A DNA stretch of 64,000 bases. Source: Bdellovibrionales bacterium (lineage in GTDB: Bacteria; Bdellovibrionota; Bdellovibrionia; Bdellovibrionales; JAUICD01). Positions 60,200 through 64,000 of this stretch are shown one piece after another. Positions within the stretch are counted from its first letter, which is position 1. Every line of letters starts with the position of its first letter. The stretch is from NCBI GenBank assembly GCA_965197425.1, contig CBDANC010000013.1, positions 64,001 through 128,000 on the forward strand. The letters run 5' to 3'. A program made the translations under genes and the position numbers. The notes under the pieces are model-generated. The model saw only the letters and a list, made by a program, of their open reading frames with translations. It was not told where the DNA came from and made no database searches.

Positions 60200-60269
60200 C
60201 CAGGAAGAAGCCACTTAGCAAAAAAGTAGGCAGAACCTCATATTTTTTGCCTCATAAGGCTTACCTTTA
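60200..60269 (-). repeat. Family D element abutting the 23S 3' end
   Basis: ccaggaagaagccactt-hairpin-ctcataaggcttaccttta. Confidence 0.75.
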
Positions 60270-60271
60270 AT

Positions 60272-63260
<2,989 letters not shown>

Positions 63261-63742
63261 ATTTAAGATGCTTGATTTACCTCAGCAAAGAAACCATCAA
63301 ATTGAATTTGATTGTTTCATATGCAATACAGAATATTATTTCTATATTCTGTATCTTTCAAAAAAAGTTTTAAAAAACTTTTGCTTCTATTCTCAATTTT
63401 CACAGAGCAATATGGGTTGCCGGTCAATTTTCCCAGCACCAATTAAGTCTCACATTTTCAAAACATAACATAATAAAAATTGGACCCGCCACGGATACTA
63501 GATAAAGTTTACTGGGATTTCAAGCTTTTATTTTGGAATTTTCACAAGGTTAAATCCTGGTTTACAGCTCGAACCAGCCTTTTACTATTTTGAAAGGCAA
63601 AAAGAGATATTAAGTGCCAAGGCAAATTGGCCTTTTTTAAAAACTAAGACCCCTTTTGATCATGATGAGTCACGAATCATTTTTTAGTACTCAGATCATA
63701 TATTTTTTATTTACACTATATAATAGTGTGATATAGTGTCTT

Positions 63743-64000
63743 ATGGCCAAATTTAGGTTCGTTACGTGGCTCCTGGATTGGATACTTGAAAGTGAGTCAT
63801 TTGAGTTTGTTTGGGATGTAGGTAATAGAACAAAAAACAAGACAAAACATGGCGTTGAAACAAGAGAAATTGAAGAGGTATTCCAAAAAAGATTGGCAAT
63901 TCCTTTGGGTATTCAAACCTCACCTAAGGTTGATGAGGAACGGTTTGGAATTATCGGCCCTACAAATGAAGGAAAGATTCTACAAGTCGTATTTGTTATG
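63743..64000 (+). CDS. BrnT-family toxin, runs off the window end
   Basis: FEFVWDVGNRTKNKTKHGV..EIEEVF...EERFGIIG....ILQVVF. Confidence 0.8.
   Translation, partial: MAKFRFVTWLLDWILESESFEFVWDVGNRTKNKTKHGVETREIEEVFQKRLAIPLGIQTSPKVDEERFGIIGPTNEGKILQVVFVM

Overview
AT-rich bacterial chromosome segment. It is most consistent with Bdellovibrionota (inferred from bacterial topoisomerase VI A/B, an RHS-tadB-tadA block, split comEC and type IVa pilins). The backbone is housekeeping genes: pckA, ahpC, mgtE, recO, grxD, dut, gap, lipB, dnaE, guaAB, miaB, rplM/rpsI, ybeY, rpsT, murJ, an osmoprotectant ABC transporter, and 23S-5S rRNA with no adjacent 16S. Accessory content includes a patatin plus CD-NTase (CBASS-like) locus with a decayed E2-like gene, five secreted ankyrin proteins, two inverted pilin paralogues, and an Rpn plus PIN-like islet bounded by a duplicated rhomboid 3' end. 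The most unusual signal is a dense set of short (65-110 bp) modular hairpin elements. They have conserved ends and variable, co-varying stems. They form tandem arrays, nest inside each other at a preferred arm and orientation, and insert in frame into genes without target duplication. There are also 18-bp mini-hairpin tandem repeats inside bolA and guaA, and 7/8-mer repeats around four-helix-bundle genes. No mobilising enzyme for these elements is visible in the window. All calls come from reading the sequence and recognising motifs; no database searches were run.
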